From NCBI GenBank assembly GCA_951406725.2, contig OX597819.1, positions 124,806,001 to 124,870,000 on the forward strand: DNA of 64,000 bases, written 5' to 3'. The stretch is from Octopus vulgaris. Taxonomy: Eukaryota. The translations under genes were made by a program, and so were the position numbers. A model generated the notes under the pieces. It saw only the letters and a program-made list of their open reading frames with translations, was not told the DNA's origin and ran no database searches. Positions 62,344-64,000 of the stretch are shown in pieces (the first letter of the stretch is position 1; each line of letters opens with the position of its first letter).

Positions 62344-62772
62344 GGATCTTTTCGGTTTGAACGGCAGTTTTTTTCCAGCGGTGTCATATGAAATTGTCAC
62401 CCATAATTATGACCCTAGTATCGATCTATTGCATTTCAATCTGTTTTAGGGTTAGGGTTAGTTAGGGTTAGGGGTGGAGGAAGGGTATCTTTTTTTCTTC
62501 AGAAATGTAAATAAACCCAGTCTGTTTCTTAAACGAGGGACATATTCATACGGCAGAGAATGTTTTCACCTCAATAGACGTCATTGATTGGTTGAAATTG
62601 CAGAAATGGAAGAAAAAAACAATAAATATCTTACAAACTATAGAATTTTCTCAATAAAGCCAAGAGAAAAAGATGTTTTATAAACACATTCTTCAAGTAT
62701 ACGAAGTTTAAAAGTGTTTAGTTACGTGGAAATTATTTAAAAAAAAAACTGCCGTTCAAACCGAAAGGATCC
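62344..62772. mobile_element. GG-terminal MITE (family E), 8-bp TSD gacttggc
   Basis: ggatcttttcggtttgaacggcag...ctgccgttcaaaccgaaaggatcc; TSD at 62336-62343 and 62773-62780; TTAGGG repeats. Confidence 0.92.
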
Positions 62773-63171
62773 GACTTGGCTATTATTTCTACCAATTCTG
62801 GTGGTTACGCAAAAGCTCGTTGGTTTGACGAAAATAATATTGCAGTATCCATTTCCTTATGCTGCCTTCTACGCGAAACCCCTCTTTGTCCTCTCCTCAC
62901 TTCACCCCCACCCACGAAATTTCCCAGTCTTTTCTTTTTCATCTCTTCACCTATTTCCCCTCTAACTCCCTTTCCCCACTCTGTTCGTTTCCCCCATTTC
63001 CTAAATATATTCCAACATAATCCCCGGTAATTAGGACCAACAGATAATCTATTCTTTTTATTTCTCGCTCCTGCCGATTCCATCCCCATTTCCTTTCTAT
63101 CTGCCCTCCTCTTTATGTCCATCCCTTCAGCCCAGCATACTAAAGTTCCGGTCTCTCTTTATACCTTATAC

Positions 63172-63626
63172 CTATTTCTTTACTACCCACAAGGGGCTAA
63201 ACACAGGGGGGACAAACAAGGACAGACAAACGGATTAAGTCGATTATATCGACCCCAGTGCGTAACTGGTACTTATTTAATCGACCCCGAAAGGGTAATT
63301 CCAAGGACAAAGAAATAAGACCCCGAAAACACGAAAGGCAAAGTCGACCTCGGCGGAATTAGAACTCAGAACGTAACGACAGATGAAATACCTATTTCTT
63401 TACTACCCACAAGGGGCTAAACACAGAGGGAACAAACAAGGACAGACAAAGGGATTAAGTCGATTACATCGACTCCAGTACGTAACTGGTACTTAATTTA
63501 TCGACCCCGAAAAGATGAAAGGCAAAGTCGACCTCGGCAGAATTTGAACTCAGAACATAGCGACAGACGAAATACTGCTACGCATTTCGCCCGGCGCGCT
63601 ACCGTTTCTGCCAGCTCACCTGCCTT
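63172..63626 (-). mobile_element. SINE A tandem dimer
   Basis: Two SINE A units; junction aagaaata|ggtatttc on the minus strand. Confidence 0.85.
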
Positions 63627-63743
63627 AGTCTCTCTCTATATATCTTACACCTGTTCGTGCGTGTCAATGCATGCCTGTGGGTGCCTGTACGCATGTAATT
63701 GTGATGTTGCTATTTTCCTAAATATATTTTTCTCCTTCTTCCC

Positions 63744-63849
<106 letters not shown>

Positions 63850-64000
63850 TCCGTCAACACAAGAATTCACCGATTTACATTTCTATGCTACGAATATTTG
63901 GTGTTTTCGTAACCGAAAGAGCAAGAGCACCACCGAATTCTTCCATCACTTTGTTCCACCCCACCACCAACACTAACAGCAGCAGCAGCAGACCACCACC

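Overview
AT-rich, repeat-dense eukaryotic (metazoan) genomic DNA. The SINE/RTE repertoire resembles octopus/cephalopod sequence; this is an inference. Two spliced + strand genes can be reconstructed by hand with canonical GT-AG sites and consistent phases. (1) An IAH1-like SGNH/GDSL esterase: 5 coding exons at 3158-11004; the first exon with the GDS serine was not found and is presumably upstream of the window. (2) A complete translin (TSN): 6 exons at 34023-50837, 228 aa. Most of the rest is mobile DNA: several RTE-clade LINE copies and many 3' tails with an internal minisatellite, three tRNA-derived SINE families, CR1-like 3' ends, Penelope-like remnants, a Tx1/L1-like fragment, a Gypsy gag-protease remnant, Tc1 remnants, piggyBac-type and GG-terminal 8-bp-TSD MITEs carrying telomeric repeats, a Helitron, and microsatellites. 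The most notable observations are a C4HC3 PHD finger embedded inside the RT of an RTE LINE family (three copies), SINE dimers bounded by a single TSD, a SINE-derived 8x95-bp array upstream of TSN, an 84-bp hairpin nested in a MITE, and a locally templated inverted copy of a gag/SINE junction. Exon and TSD coordinates were read base by base; other repeat boundaries are approximate. No CRISPR or prokaryotic system is present.
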